Shown here piece by piece: positions 27,744 to 38,050 of a stretch of 64,000 nt of DNA. Within the stretch, counting starts at the first letter, position 1. The number at the start of each line of letters is the position of its first letter. This DNA is from Candidatus Kerfeldbacteria bacterium (GTDB lineage: Bacteria > Patescibacteriota > Patescibacteriia > UBA10025 > JAHIVO01), in contig JACROE010000002.1 in NCBI GenBank assembly GCA_016214565.1, forward strand, positions 1,048,007 through 1,112,006, given 5' to 3'. The translations under genes were made by a program, and so were the position numbers. Below the pieces are notes generated by a model. The model did not search any database. It was given only the letters and a program-made list of their open reading frames with translations, and was not told where the DNA came from.

Positions 27744-28180
27744 GTTTGTATAACTACCGAAAGATTAGCCTGGTGCGAGCCAATGAAAATAGGAATACTA
27801 TAGGTACCTACCTCTTTAATCGGTTTTTGTAGCCCTATGTGATCTGGTTTCAGTCTGTATTTCAGCTGCTGATAAATAGCTTCGGCTAATGAGTGGCGAT
27901 CAATTCCTTGGAAAAGCCTTCCCTGATCATTCGCCTTTACCCGGATTTGAACAGTAGAACCAGAAATATTTGAAACAAAGGTACGTTCATCTTCTGCCGC
28001 CCGCTCTATCTGATGCTGGCGTTTTTGTAGATCAAGCTGATACTGTCGACGGGACTGGTCCGTGACCCTGGTGGCAAGCCGCCTTGGCAGTAAAAAGTTA
28101 CGTGCATAACCCTCGGTTACATCCTTAATTTCACCCCGATGGCCACTCCCGGGTACGTCTGATAAAAATAGCACTTCCAT
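27740..28180 (-). CDS. rplI: 50S ribosomal protein L9
   Basis: 146 aa: MEVLFLSDVPGSGHRGEIKDVTEGYARNFLLPRRLA, a canonical L9 N-domain. Confidence 0.9.
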   Translation of the reverse strand: MEVLFLSDVPGSGHRGEIKDVTEGYARNFLLPRRLATRVTDQSRRQYQLDLQKRQHQIERAAEDERTFVSNISGSTVQIRVKANDQGRLFQGIDRHSLAEAIYQQLKYRLKPDHIGLQKPIKEVGTYSIPIFIGSHQANLSVVIQT

Positions 28181-28204
28181 AAGCTTTTCTTTGTTTCTAG
28201 TGTA

Positions 28205-28474
28205 CTACAGAATTTTAAAACCATCAAACGTCTGGGGAGCGACCGTCTCCGAGACCTGAACACTGATATCCCGACCAACGGGAATTTCATATCTCAACCA
28301 CTCAATAAATTGAGTTATTTCTGCCGCTGATGCCTGTGCCATGATAGCGACCGTACCATTGCGCATATTCTTGACCCAGCCAACAATACCATGCTGACGG
28401 GCATAGATCTGGACAGTCAGCCGCATCGTAACCCCCTGAACGAGACCTGAAAGGGTTAACTGCACAGTACGCAT
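28205..28474 (-). CDS. acylphosphatase
   Basis: 89 aa. Signatures VQGVTMR and GWVKNMRNGTV. Confidence 0.8.
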   Translation of the reverse strand: MRTVQLTLSGLVQGVTMRLTVQIYARQHGIVGWVKNMRNGTVAIMAQASAAEITQFIEWLRYEIPVGRDISVQVSETVAPQTFDGFKIL

Positions 28475-28480
28475 ACAACG

Positions 28481-29752
28481 CTATTTTTTAAGCTCTTCCT
28501 GCGCTCGGTCAAGCTGGGGATCCCGATCGTTATTATAATCCTCAGCAGACTGCTCAACGACAATATCAGGCGTAATCCCCTCCTCATCAATTGATGATCC
28601 AAGCGGGGTCAACCATTTCGACACGGTTAATTTTAGTGAAGAGCCATCGCTAAACTGCTCATAATCCTGCACAGAACCCTTGCCAAACGTTTGTGTTCCG
28701 ATAATGGTTGCCCGTTCATTATCCTGCAGCGCGCCAGCTAAAATTTCTGAAGCAGAAGCGCTTCCTTCATTTACCAAAACCACAATCGGAATGTCCGTGA
28801 GTAAACCCTGGCCTTCCGCATGATACTCCTTTCGCTCCGAACCAGAATTTTCGATCACAATAATTTCCTGCCCCGCGAAAAATTGTCCTGCTAAGTCAAC
28901 CACGGTATCCAGATACCCTCCTGGATTATTCCGAACATCAATAATAAGACCCGATGGATTCTTCAGCAGCATCTCCTGAGCGATTTGGCGAAATTCTTGA
29001 TCCGTTTCCGTATCAAAATGGGTTATCTCGACATACGCATTACCGTCATCGAGCATCTCCCAATCAATACTTTTTACGGTAATTATATCGCGGGTAATTG
29101 AAACATCACGGGGTTCATCTGAGTCCGCTGAAGCGATAGTTAAAACAACGGTGGTGCCCTGAGGGCCACGAATTAAATTAACCGCTGTATCAATACTCAT
29201 ATTAAGCGTGTCAGTACCATCAATAGCTAAAATTAAATCACGAGCCTTCAAGCCTGCATGAGCAGCAGGTGAATCTGGTAACGGTGCAATAATGGTTAAT
29301 TGGTCATTTTTTATGCCAATTTCCGTACCGATACCTTCAAAACTTCCAGACAATTCCTGATTAAACTTAGTGGTCTCATCGGGATCTAAGAAACGTGAGT
29401 ACGGATCGTCGAGTCCAGCCACCAGTCCGTGTAACGCTCCATAAAACAATTTTGTTTCATCAACCGGAGTGCCAACATATTTTGTGGTAATGGTATTCCA
29501 AACATCTTCAAATAGCTGAGGGTTAACGGATCCGCCATTAATGCTTCGATCAACTGACAATAATACTTCATCAAGCGTGATTGACCCATCGCTATTAATA
29601 TCGCGTGCCTGCTGTGCTACCCCGACCACATACCCGCCGACAGCGCAACCGGCCATGGCACCAATAACTAATAAAAAAATAACCCCTCGCAGAAACCAAT
29701 TTGGCTGATTGCCTTTATTTGTTTGATCTGACATGGAATAGTAATTAATCAA
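28481..29752 (-). CDS. C-terminal processing peptidase (S41 family, PDZ domain)
   Basis: N-terminal TM anchor, a PDZ domain, the catalytic Ser in GSASASEILAGALQ and the Lys in TFGKGSVQ. The start may be Met7 (29734). Confidence 0.85.
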   Translation of the reverse strand: MINYYSMSDQTNKGNQPNWFLRGVIFLLVIGAMAGCAVGGYVVGVAQQARDINSDGSITLDEVLLSVDRSINGGSVNPQLFEDVWNTITTKYVGTPVDETKLFYGALHGLVAGLDDPYSRFLDPDETTKFNQELSGSFEGIGTEIGIKNDQLTIIAPLPDSPAAHAGLKARDLILAIDGTDTLNMSIDTAVNLIRGPQGTTVVLTIASADSDEPRDVSITRDIITVKSIDWEMLDDGNAYVEITHFDTETDQEFRQIAQEMLLKNPSGLIIDVRNNPGGYLDTVVDLAGQFFAGQEIIVIENSGSERKEYHAEGQGLLTDIPIVVLVNEGSASASEILAGALQDNERATIIGTQTFGKGSVQDYEQFSDGSSLKLTVSKWLTPLGSSIDEEGITPDIVVEQSAEDYNNDRDPQLDRAQEELKK

Positions 29753-31001
29753 TTTTCTTAATATGCGCTCCTAATGCACAAAGACGATCAGCTAATCGTT
29801 CATACCCTCGATCAATTAATTCAGCTCGTTCAATAACACTTTTCCCTTGAGCAATAATAGCAGCAATGACCAGCGTCGCACCTGCTCGTAAATCAAGACT
29901 GGTGATTTCCTTGCCATACAACGGACTCGGGCCCTGGATCACTGCCGTATGCGGATCGCGAATGGTCATTGAGGCCCCCATTTTGCACAGTTCACGAATA
30001 TAGCCCAATCGCCCCTCAAACAATGTCTCGAAAATCGTACTCGTGCCTGTTGCCTGAGTCAACAAGACTGAAAAAGGCGCTTGTAAATCGGTAGGAAAAC
30101 CGGGATAGGGACGAGTATCTATATTTACTGCCCGAAACATAGTCGTGGGTTTAATATGAAGAGTGTCGGTTCCCTTGATTTCAAATGAGACATTTGCAGC
30201 GGCTAGCTTCTGCAACACAAGGTCAAGATGAGTGGTATTGCAATGAGTAATAGTAACATCACCTCGGCTTACTGCAGCCGCGACCGCCAGTGTGCCTGCC
30301 TCAATGCGATCAGGCAAGACGGTATGATCGACGCCCAGAAGTGAACTCACGCCATGCACCGTAATAACTGAGGTGCCAGCACCTTCGATCCGTGCACCCA
30401 TCGCATTTAACATAACTGCTAGATCTTCAATTTCAGGCTCAGACGCTGCCAATCGGATTTCAGTAGTCCCTTCGGCGCAGACCGCCGCCATGAGAACGTT
30501 TTCAGTTGCGGTAACGCTCATCTCGGGCAATACGACCCGTGTCCCACGTAATTGTTTCACTGAAAAAGTGTATAGCTCGTCTTTTTGCTCCACCGAAACT
30601 CCCAACTGCTCCAATCCACGAATATGAGTATCAATCGGCCGAGAACCAATGAGACACCCGCCCGGCTGAGGAATTCGAACATTCTTAAAGCGGGCCAACA
30701 GCGGACCAATAATCACCACCGACCCACGCAGGTGCTTTACGAGCTGTATGTCAGGTTCGGCACCGCGAACCTCCCGTGCAGAAATTGTCATCACATGATC
30801 AGTAAAATCAATCGTTGCGCCCAGCGACTCAAGAATTGATTGCATGGTATGAATATCTGAAATATCTGGCACATTACGTAATACAACGGTTTTATCGGTC
30901 AACAAAGCGGCGGCCATCATTTTCAGAGCAGCATTTTTCGCTCCGGACACTGAAATTGTCCCGTTTAATGAGGTGCTTCCTTCAATCAATAATCGCGCCA
31001 T
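29745..31001 (-). CDS. murA: UDP-N-acetylglucosamine 1-carboxyvinyltransferase MurA
   Basis: 418 aa. Active-site Cys loop PGGCLIGSRPIDTH. Not clustered with the other mur genes. Confidence 0.9.
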   Translation of the reverse strand: MARLLIEGSTSLNGTISVSGAKNAALKMMAAALLTDKTVVLRNVPDISDIHTMQSILESLGATIDFTDHVMTISAREVRGAEPDIQLVKHLRGSVVIIGPLLARFKNVRIPQPGGCLIGSRPIDTHIRGLEQLGVSVEQKDELYTFSVKQLRGTRVVLPEMSVTATENVLMAAVCAEGTTEIRLAASEPEIEDLAVMLNAMGARIEGAGTSVITVHGVSSLLGVDHTVLPDRIEAGTLAVAAAVSRGDVTITHCNTTHLDLVLQKLAAANVSFEIKGTDTLHIKPTTMFRAVNIDTRPYPGFPTDLQAPFSVLLTQATGTSTIFETLFEGRLGYIRELCKMGASMTIRDPHTAVIQGPSPLYGKEITSLDLRAGATLVIAAIIAQGKSVIERAELIDRGYERLADRLCALGAHIKKID

Positions 31002-31100
31002 GCAAATAATCTTAGCTATTAATCAATCAGAAGTATAGCCAAGGCTGAGGAATTAATCAATCTATAGACGAAAAAGTGAAAATTCCGGTATACTAGCTGC

Positions 31101-32387
31101 ATGCGACTTCGCCACCGTAGAATATATTTTATCATTATGACGCTTGCCTTTTTTTTAGCGGCGCCAATTTTAATAGGTTATGGAATAGGTTGGCGATATA
31201 ATTCTACATCTCGGCATTTAGAAAAAGTTTCAGCGTTAAGCATTACTTCAACTCCACGCGGCGCGTCGGTCTATGTTAATAATGAACTTCAACAAAAACA
31301 AACGCCATTTTCAATTAATCATCTGTATGCCAGTAACTACCAGGTAAAACTCGAGAAAAGCGGATATTACGCTTGGGAAAAAAATGTGCGTACATACGCA
31401 GATCGCGTTACCCGTTTGCCCAATGCGTACCTTGTCAAAAAACAAAATTTTGAAGCGAGCATTCTTACCACCCCCATTGAATCAATGTATGTATCTCCCT
31501 CGGGCTCACGAATAATGATAGCTCATCAACTGGAGTTAACAGCTTATTTGCAAACAGGCATTCGTCAGTGGGAATACAGATTACCTGCTGAAGTCGCAGA
31601 CATTCAATGGTCGGCAGACGAATCACTGCTGTTGGTTACCACGGCTTCATCTTCCACTCCCCTGGTGATTAATTCATACGATGGCAGCCGCAGCAATTTT
31701 GCATTACCTGACACAGGTACCATATATGAATATTTCTGGTCTCAGGATGTCGGCACTATCCTCTACTGCCGAACCAATCAGGCTGTGTACGAAATAAACT
31801 TAGCCAGACAAATAACACAGCAACTCCCTGAGCCACCAATCCAAAAATATGGAGATACTTCGCTTCGAATAATGAGAGATTTGGAATTAGCGACCTGGGA
31901 AACAAGTGATGGAGAACTCATAGCGAGCTTACCAGTTCCCATTTTGCATACTTTAAAAATTGTTGCATCGGGTCATTTCTTGTTTGTTCAGGATGCAACC
32001 AATCGCTCATTATTTACGATTGATGTGCAAACACGCCAATCAAAACCACTTGGGAAAAACATTATTGCCACAATGTGGGGAGCAGAACGAAAGCAACTAT
32101 TGTATGCATCATCAAATGAACTGTGGCTCTACGACCCTCAAACCGTTACCCAAGAACTAATATTGCGTACCTCGCAGGAAATCACGAACGCTCAACTTAT
32201 GATCAATGATCAATACATTGGCTATGTGCCCGGCGGACAAAATCTTACTCTTTTTGAAATAAGCGATTTGCCTCGTAACACCTATGTTCTGCCAACAGAT
32301 AAAACAACCGGTTTGGTTACCTTGCCAAACCGAATGACGGCATATCTCAGTACTGAGACTGAAGTTTTCCCACTTGTTTTTGAGTGA
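31101..32387 (+). CDS. membrane-anchored PEGA-domain / beta-propeller-like protein, hypothetical
   Basis: N-terminal TM helix (IYFIIMTLAFFLAAPILIGYGIGW), a PEGA motif (TPRGASVYVNNELQQKQTPF), and TolB-like repeat segments (WSADESLLLV, WSQDVGTILYC). Divergent from murA. Confidence 0.55.
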   Translation: MRLRHRRIYFIIMTLAFFLAAPILIGYGIGWRYNSTSRHLEKVSALSITSTPRGASVYVNNELQQKQTPFSINHLYASNYQVKLEKSGYYAWEKNVRTYADRVTRLPNAYLVKKQNFEASILTTPIESMYVSPSGSRIMIAHQLELTAYLQTGIRQWEYRLPAEVADIQWSADESLLLVTTASSSTPLVINSYDGSRSNFALPDTGTIYEYFWSQDVGTILYCRTNQAVYEINLARQITQQLPEPPIQKYGDTSLRIMRDLELATWETSDGELIASLPVPILHTLKIVASGHFLFVQDATNRSLFTIDVQTRQSKPLGKNIIATMWGAERKQLLYASSNELWLYDPQTVTQELILRTSQEITNAQLMINDQYIGYVPGGQNLTLFEISDLPRNTYVLPTDKTTGLVTLPNRMTAYLSTETEVFPLVFE

Positions 32388-32390
32388 TAT

Positions 32391-33116
32391 CTAGGAATCA
32401 GCTTTCTGCTGTTCACGCGCGGCGATATAATTCCCCGCCTCGAGCAGTGAATCAAAAGTACCGGCGTCAAACCATTTTCCCTCAATAACACGCACGTCAA
32501 GTTCGCCAAGCTCTAAATACCGTTTATGCAATTCCGTTATTTCAATCTCTCCGCGAGCCGAGGGGACGACTTCCTTTGCAAATTGTGAAACACGATTATC
32601 AAAAATGTAGAGCCCAGGAATAGCATAGTCGCTGATCCACTGCTGTGGCTTTTCTACAATTTGTATAACTTTTTTATGTTCATCAAACTGTACAACGCCT
32701 AAACGCTCAGGATCTGGAACTTTTTTTGCAAAAATACGGCCACCCTTCTTAAATGACTGTAGTGCCTCGGTAAAATTATCCTCAAAAATGTTGTCCCCCA
32801 ATATCATTGCCACTGAATCATTATTCAAAAAATCTTCGCCAACGATAAATGCATCAGCAAGACCTCGTGGAGTTTCTTGTATCTCATAGGTAAATTTCGC
32901 GCCAAATTCCTTGCCCGATCCGAGCAAATGCAAAAAATGACCAGCATACTCAGGCGCTACAATAATCAATATTTCTTTAATGCCTGCCTGTAGTAACGTT
33001 TCGAGCGGATAGTAAATCATCGGTTTATTATAAACCGGAAGTAGCTGTTTACTAGTTATTTTGGTGAGTGGTCGAAGCCGAGTCGCCCGGCCACCAGCTA
33101 GGATAATGCCTTTCAT
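32391..33116 (-). CDS. rfbA: glucose-1-phosphate thymidylyltransferase
   Basis: MKGIILAGGRATRLRPLT... is the G-G-x-G-T-R-L motif. 241 aa, short RmlA-type. Confidence 0.85.
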   Translation of the reverse strand: MKGIILAGGRATRLRPLTKITSKQLLPVYNKPMIYYPLETLLQAGIKEILIIVAPEYAGHFLHLLGSGKEFGAKFTYEIQETPRGLADAFIVGEDFLNNDSVAMILGDNIFEDNFTEALQSFKKGGRIFAKKVPDPERLGVVQFDEHKKVIQIVEKPQQWISDYAIPGLYIFDNRVSQFAKEVVPSARGEIEITELHKRYLELGELDVRVIEGKWFDAGTFDSLLEAGNYIAAREQQKADS

Positions 33117-33120
33117 ACAA

Positions 33121-33681
33121 CTAAGAATTACTCATGGTAAAAGGAAATTCACGGCCGGAAAGCGGCTCTAGTGCCGCATCTTTATCTGACAAAATTGCAT
33201 CAGACATTGGCCAATCAATGTGCAACGTAGGGTCATTCCATATGATACCACTATCGTATTCTGGTGCATATGGATTGTCCACTTTGTAGAGGAATTCAGT
33301 ATGTGGCTCGAGCGTCAGAAAACCATGAGCAAAACCGCGTGGAATGTACAGCATGTTAAAATTCTCGGCTGATAATTCAAATGATTCCCATTGGCAAAAG
33401 GTTTCCGAATCTTTCCGAAGATCAACAATAACATCAAAAACTTTTCCCGCTGTTACCCGGACGAGCTTTGCTTGAGTAAACGGTGGAAGCTGAAAATGTA
33501 AACCACGGAGTATCCCGGCGGATTTTGAAAATGAATGGTTGTCTTGAACGAACGCTCGGGTGATTCCATGCCGGACAAACGTACTCTGAAAAAAAGTCTC
33601 CAAAAAAAATCCGCGTTCATCTTGAAATACTTTTGGAATGATAAGCCAGGCGTCTTTAAATTTTGTAGGTTTAAATTCCAT
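33121..33681 (-). CDS. rfbC: dTDP-4-dehydrorhamnose 3,5-epimerase
   Basis: 186 aa cupin. RGLHFQ and HGF motifs. Confidence 0.85.
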   Translation of the reverse strand: MEFKPTKFKDAWLIIPKVFQDERGFFLETFFQSTFVRHGITRAFVQDNHSFSKSAGILRGLHFQLPPFTQAKLVRVTAGKVFDVIVDLRKDSETFCQWESFELSAENFNMLYIPRGFAHGFLTLEPHTEFLYKVDNPYAPEYDSGIIWNDPTLHIDWPMSDAILSDKDAALEPLSGREFPFTMSNS

Positions 33682-34519
33682 GTGAAATGAATTCTGCTAA
33701 TGCTGTTTGCCACGATCTCATGGCCGGTAACTTGGTGTTGATTAAAATACCATAGGCGGGTCGTACCGCTGGACGGGGAAATACGCTCCCGGGCACTGCT
33801 GCCAGTTTAGCACTAACACCAGCTAATTTAAATATTTCCTGTGCAAAACCAAACCAGGTACAGGACCCGATATTTGTAACATGGTAGGTGCCAAATGGCA
33901 ACTGAGAATCTACAATATACTTACTCTGAACGGCGAGGTCTGGGGCATACGTCGGACAAGATACTTCTTCGTCAATTGCTTGAACGACCGAGTTCGTTTG
34001 GGCTCGCTCAAGTATTTTGTGCACAAAACTCTTCTTGCCAGATTCCCCAATCCCCGGCTTACCAAACAATCGGGATAATCGAATAATGTAATAGCGTTGT
34101 GTCCGCTCTCGTACTCGCTGCTCCCCTCGGTATTTTGATCGTCCATATGCTGACTGAGGGTCGGGCTGATCAGCCTCGGTATAGCCCTTTTCCTGATTGC
34201 CCCTAAAAACGTATTCCGTGCTGTAATGCACCAGAATGCCCCCCACAGCGTCTACTGCCTGGGCGAGGTATCCTGGAGCCTCCCCATTAACAAAATTAGC
34301 TATAGAGGCGCTTTTTTCAGCTCCATCAACGTCGTTATAAGCAGCGGCATTCAAAACAATGTTTGGCCTTAATTCCCGGATCTTCTGAGTAACCATAGCT
34401 TGATCCGTAATATCCAACTGTTCACGATCCCAACACTGAGGTTGCTCATTATTAAAAGCTTGAGCAAGTTCTTGCCCGAGCATGCCTTGTGCTCCAATAA
34501 TCAAAATAGTTCGTTTCAT
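33671..34519 (-). CDS. rfbD: dTDP-4-dehydrorhamnose reductase
   Basis: 282 aa SDR-like fold with an N-terminal ILIIGAQGMLG Rossmann motif. Located between rfbC and rfbB. Confidence 0.85.
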   Translation of the reverse strand: MKRTILIIGAQGMLGQELAQAFNNEQPQCWDREQLDITDQAMVTQKIRELRPNIVLNAAAYNDVDGAEKSASIANFVNGEAPGYLAQAVDAVGGILVHYSTEYVFRGNQEKGYTEADQPDPQSAYGRSKYRGEQRVRERTQRYYIIRLSRLFGKPGIGESGKKSFVHKILERAQTNSVVQAIDEEVSCPTYAPDLAVQSKYIVDSQLPFGTYHVTNIGSCTWFGFAQEIFKLAGVSAKLAAVPGSVFPRPAVRPAYGILINTKLPAMRSWQTALAEFISHGI

Positions 34520-35124
34520 GGTACCAATTTTTCAATCGAATGGTTAGTCAGAAGCTGCAACTCTTCATGGATTGCCGCCAACCGCTCAACGCTTTTGCCA
34601 TACTGAGCAAACCGATGATAAGCCCGACGAAATGATCCAATGTGCCTACCTTGTTTTGCAGAATAGGTATTTCGCGCGTCAGCATAGGCCAGAATTTTCT
34701 CCTCAATGCTCGTCGGAAAAAAATCTCTACCAATAAATTTGTATTGCTTGCACACACGTGCATCAAGACCGGTTCCACCCATGTGCACAATACATACTCG
34801 TGCGAGTTTTTCTCCATACCCTTTACGCTTCACCAATCGGTATCCGATAAACGCATGATATGTGGCGTCCATCAATTCCACAGACGCTTTGCTTCCGGTT
34901 ACCATACGGCCGATGTCGTGCACCATGCACGCCACTTTCAAAAAGTGACGGTCAACGGGGATGCCCCGTTTCGTCAAAATTTTCGCTATTCGATCAGCAA
35001 ATTTCCAATTCAATAATGAATGGCTCCAGGTATCGCGAGCTTGTTGAGGAATATGGTGTTCGCGAGCCAATCGTGTCATCCATTTTCGAATCTCTGAAAG
35101 AGATGGTACTTTAGCGCTCTTCAT
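34516..35124 (-). CDS. HD-domain phosphohydrolase
   Basis: H...HD motif (ACMVHDIGR). The start is trimmed to the Met at 35124 (MKSAKVPS...) to avoid a 92-nt overlap with rfbB. Embedded within rfbB-rfbDCA. Confidence 0.65.
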   Translation of the reverse strand: MKSAKVPSLSEIRKWMTRLAREHHIPQQARDTWSHSLLNWKFADRIAKILTKRGIPVDRHFLKVACMVHDIGRMVTGSKASVELMDATYHAFIGYRLVKRKGYGEKLARVCIVHMGGTGLDARVCKQYKFIGRDFFPTSIEEKILAYADARNTYSAKQGRHIGSFRRAYHRFAQYGKSVERLAAIHEELQLLTNHSIEKLVP

Positions 35125-36265
35125 ACTGGCGCCGAAAATATTCCTTAAATGCCCCTGATTTAATAGGACGCCACCAGGCTTCATGCTGCTGATACCATTC
35201 AATCATTTTTTCTAAATACACATCGAGCGAATACTCTGGCTGGTATCCTAGTTCTCGCTTTGCTTTTGTCCAATCAACGGCATAGCGACGATCATGCCCC
35301 GGACGATCCTTAACATAATAAATCCGATCTTCCCCGAGCTTCATGATCTTCAAAACGCGACGAATAAGTTCTAGATTATTAACGTCATCCTCCATGCCAC
35401 CAATACAATACGTTTCACCCACCGTGCCATTATGCAATATCATATCGATTGCCCGACAATGGTCATCGACATACAACCAATCGCGCACATACTTACCATC
35501 ACCGTAGATAGGAACCTTCTTTCCTTCAAGCAATTCTGTTATTGCCAGCGGCAGCAATTTCTCAGGAAACATATACGGTCCGTAATTATTAGAAGTATTG
35601 GAAATAGTCACCGGCAAGCCAAAACTGACGCCATAGGAGCTAGCCAGATGATCCGCCGCGGCTTTTGACGCAGAATAGGGACTTCGCGGATTATAGCGTG
35701 TCTGTTCATTAAACTTATTCGGGTCATCAAGCGTCAATGCCCCAAATACTTCATCGGTTGAAATCAAATGAAACCTTTTCCCTTGGTTGTAACTACCGTC
35801 CTGCTTTCGCCAAGCCTTAACTGCGGCTTCTAACATGATATGCGTTCCCCAGGTATTTGATAAAATGAAGTCATACGCATCAGGTCGCTCTGGACCGGCA
35901 TTTAAAACCGATCGGTCGACGTGGGATTCGGCAGCAAAATGAACAACCATATCCGCTGACGCAATCCACTGCTTGAGCATTTGAAATGCTTCACGATCAA
36001 ATCGACCGTATTCATCCTCAAACTTTGCTTTTGAATAAAGAATAGGACAAGTAATATCAAATTTATGAAATTCCAATCGAGAATCTCCCTCCAAATCTAC
36101 AAGATTTGCCGGCTTTTGTATTCCAGTCTTTTCATCAGTGTATGGGTTGCCAGCGTATGACAATTTATCCAGGTTAATGATCGAATCACCAGGATATTTC
36201 GCTAACCAATATCGAATAAAATTTGATCCAATGAATCCGGCGCCACCGGTTACTAATAATTTCAT
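35111..36265 (-). CDS. rfbB: dTDP-glucose 4,6-dehydratase
   Basis: N-terminal LVTGGAGFIGSNF and catalytic YSASKAAADH (YxxxK). At 384 aa it is slightly long because of insertions. Confidence 0.85.
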   Translation of the reverse strand: MKLLVTGGAGFIGSNFIRYWLAKYPGDSIINLDKLSYAGNPYTDEKTGIQKPANLVDLEGDSRLEFHKFDITCPILYSKAKFEDEYGRFDREAFQMLKQWIASADMVVHFAAESHVDRSVLNAGPERPDAYDFILSNTWGTHIMLEAAVKAWRKQDGSYNQGKRFHLISTDEVFGALTLDDPNKFNEQTRYNPRSPYSASKAAADHLASSYGVSFGLPVTISNTSNNYGPYMFPEKLLPLAITELLEGKKVPIYGDGKYVRDWLYVDDHCRAIDMILHNGTVGETYCIGGMEDDVNNLELIRRVLKIMKLGEDRIYYVKDRPGHDRRYAVDWTKAKRELGYQPEYSLDVYLEKMIEWYQQHEAWWRPIKSGAFKEYFRRQYEER

Positions 36266-36813
36266 AAATGGAGAAAAATTTTAGCGCGGGTTAATGCAGC
36301 AATGCTTACAGCATCATTAATTTTTCCTGTTTGAACCCACCTGAATGCTTTTGAAAATGGAATGGTTGCTACTGACTGATCACTCTCCTCGGATATGGTT
36401 ACTGTGCCAACCTTTTTTAATTCTCGTGCTAAGAAAATACTGACAAGTTCATTCACGATCCCTGGACAGTCAGCCACGCGTCCTAATGATTTCCATGATT
36501 GTGCCACTAAACCAGCTTCTTCGCGCAATTCACGCTTGGCAGCCTGCAAGTAGGTTTCGCGTGGCTTCCGGCCACCCCAGGGCAATTCAAGTGTATACGA
36601 TGATAACGGATAGCGCCACTGCTTGACAAGATACAATTCTCCCGCCTTATTCAGGGCAACGATAATGCTCGATCCGGTCATATCGACCACCCCATAAATT
36701 CCCGATTTCCCATCCGGACGCACGACCTGATCCTCCCTAACCGAAATCCACGGATTGTGATAAACAACTCGCGAGGATTTGGTCTGCCAATGTCCTAACC
36801 GTTTAGGTGCCAA
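36262..36813 (-). CDS. NUDIX hydrolase (ADP-ribose/nucleotide-sugar pyrophosphatase-like)
   Basis: Nudix box GGRKPRETYLQAAKRELREEAGL. 183 aa. Sits between ahcY and rfbB. Confidence 0.8.
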   Translation of the reverse strand: MAPKRLGHWQTKSSRVVYHNPWISVREDQVVRPDGKSGIYGVVDMTGSSIIVALNKAGELYLVKQWRYPLSSYTLELPWGGRKPRETYLQAAKRELREEAGLVAQSWKSLGRVADCPGIVNELVSIFLARELKKVGTVTISEESDQSVATIPFSKAFRWVQTGKINDAVSIAALTRAKIFLHL

Positions 36814-38050
36814 GTTCCCAACTGGATAAATATTTCTTTTGCTCAGGAGTCAATTGATCTAAAGTAATGCCCATGCTCTTCAATTTCATAGCGGCAATTT
36901 TTTCATCCAAATGTTTTGGAACCGGGTACACGCTGACTGGAATATTTTTGTAAAATCGAACCAGATATTCCACTGACAATGCTTGATTGGCAAAACTCAT
37001 GTCCATCACCGATGCCGGGTGGCCGTCACCAGCCGCCAAATTAATCAGACGACCATCGGCCAAAATATGAATGCGGCGTTTATTGGGCAAGGTATACTCC
37101 ATGACCTGATGCCGCACTTCAGTTTGCTTTTTACTTATCTTCTTCAAACCAGGCAAATCAATTTCGACATTGAAGTGTCCAGAATTACATACAATAGAAT
37201 TGTCTTTCATCTTACGAAAATGTTCTGGTCGAATCACATTAATATCGCCCGTCAACGTGATAAAAATATCACCAAGCGATGCGGCTCGACTCATGGGCAT
37301 TACCTGAAAACCATCCATCACCGCCTCAATTCCTTTGACTGGATCGATCTCAGTCACGATCACATGTGCGCCCATGCCTTTTGCGCGCATTGCCGCACCC
37401 CGACCACACCAACCATAGCCAGCGATCACGACCGTTCGTCCGGCAAAGAGAACATTGGTGGCACGGATTATCCCGTCAATCGTTGACTGGCCAGTGCCAT
37501 AGCGATTGTCGAAAAGGTGTTTTGTTTTGGCGTCGTTAACCGCAATAATCGGATAGCGTAAAACTTTATGCGCAGCCATACTTTTCAGACGAATAACCCC
37601 GGTGGTTGTCTCTTCAGTACCTGCCCAGATCTGTGGTAATTGATTTTTTCGTTTTTTATGGAGCTCAGACACCAAATCAGCTCCATCATCCATGGTGATC
37701 TGTGGCTTAAAATCAAGTGCTTGATTGATATGTCGAAAATATTCTGCGTGTGATGCGCCATAACGTGCGTACACCGGAATATCGTATTCTTTCTGAAGTG
37801 CTGCCACTACATCATCTTGGGTTGATAAAGGATTTGAAGCCGCCAAGACAACGCGCGCACCTCCGGCTTTCAGGGTAATCATAAGATTTGCCGTTTCTGT
37901 CGTGACGTGCAAACAGGCGGCGATTCGAATATTGCGCAAGGGTTTCCGCTTGCTGAAGTCCTGACGGATAGTGCGAAGCACATTCATGTCTCGTTCTGCC
38001 CAGGTGATACGATTAATTCCTAATTTAAGCTGCTTCCTCGGTGTCGTCAT
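36803..38050 (-). CDS. ahcY: adenosylhomocysteinase (S-adenosyl-L-homocysteine hydrolase)
   Basis: 415 aa. NAD Rossmann IAGYGWCGRGAAMRAKGMGA, and the N-terminus matches the AhcY pattern. Confidence 0.9.
   Translation of the reverse strand: MTTPRKQLKLGINRITWAERDMNVLRTIRQDFSKRKPLRNIRIAACLHVTTETANLMITLKAGGARVVLAASNPLSTQDDVVAALQKEYDIPVYARYGASHAEYFRHINQALDFKPQITMDDGADLVSELHKKRKNQLPQIWAGTEETTTGVIRLKSMAAHKVLRYPIIAVNDAKTKHLFDNRYGTGQSTIDGIIRATNVLFAGRTVVIAGYGWCGRGAAMRAKGMGAHVIVTEIDPVKGIEAVMDGFQVMPMSRAASLGDIFITLTGDINVIRPEHFRKMKDNSIVCNSGHFNVEIDLPGLKKISKKQTEVRHQVMEYTLPNKRRIHILADGRLINLAAGDGHPASVMDMSFANQALSVEYLVRFYKNIPVSVYPVPKHLDEKIAAMKLKSMGITLDQLTPEQKKYLSSWELGT

Noticed and set aside
31001-31101. Divergent promoter call between murA and the PEGA gene (TATACT at ~31079)
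   Set aside because: The -35 spacing is poor (18-20 nt) and the -10 lies only 16 nt from the ATG. It is too ambiguous to list as a feature.
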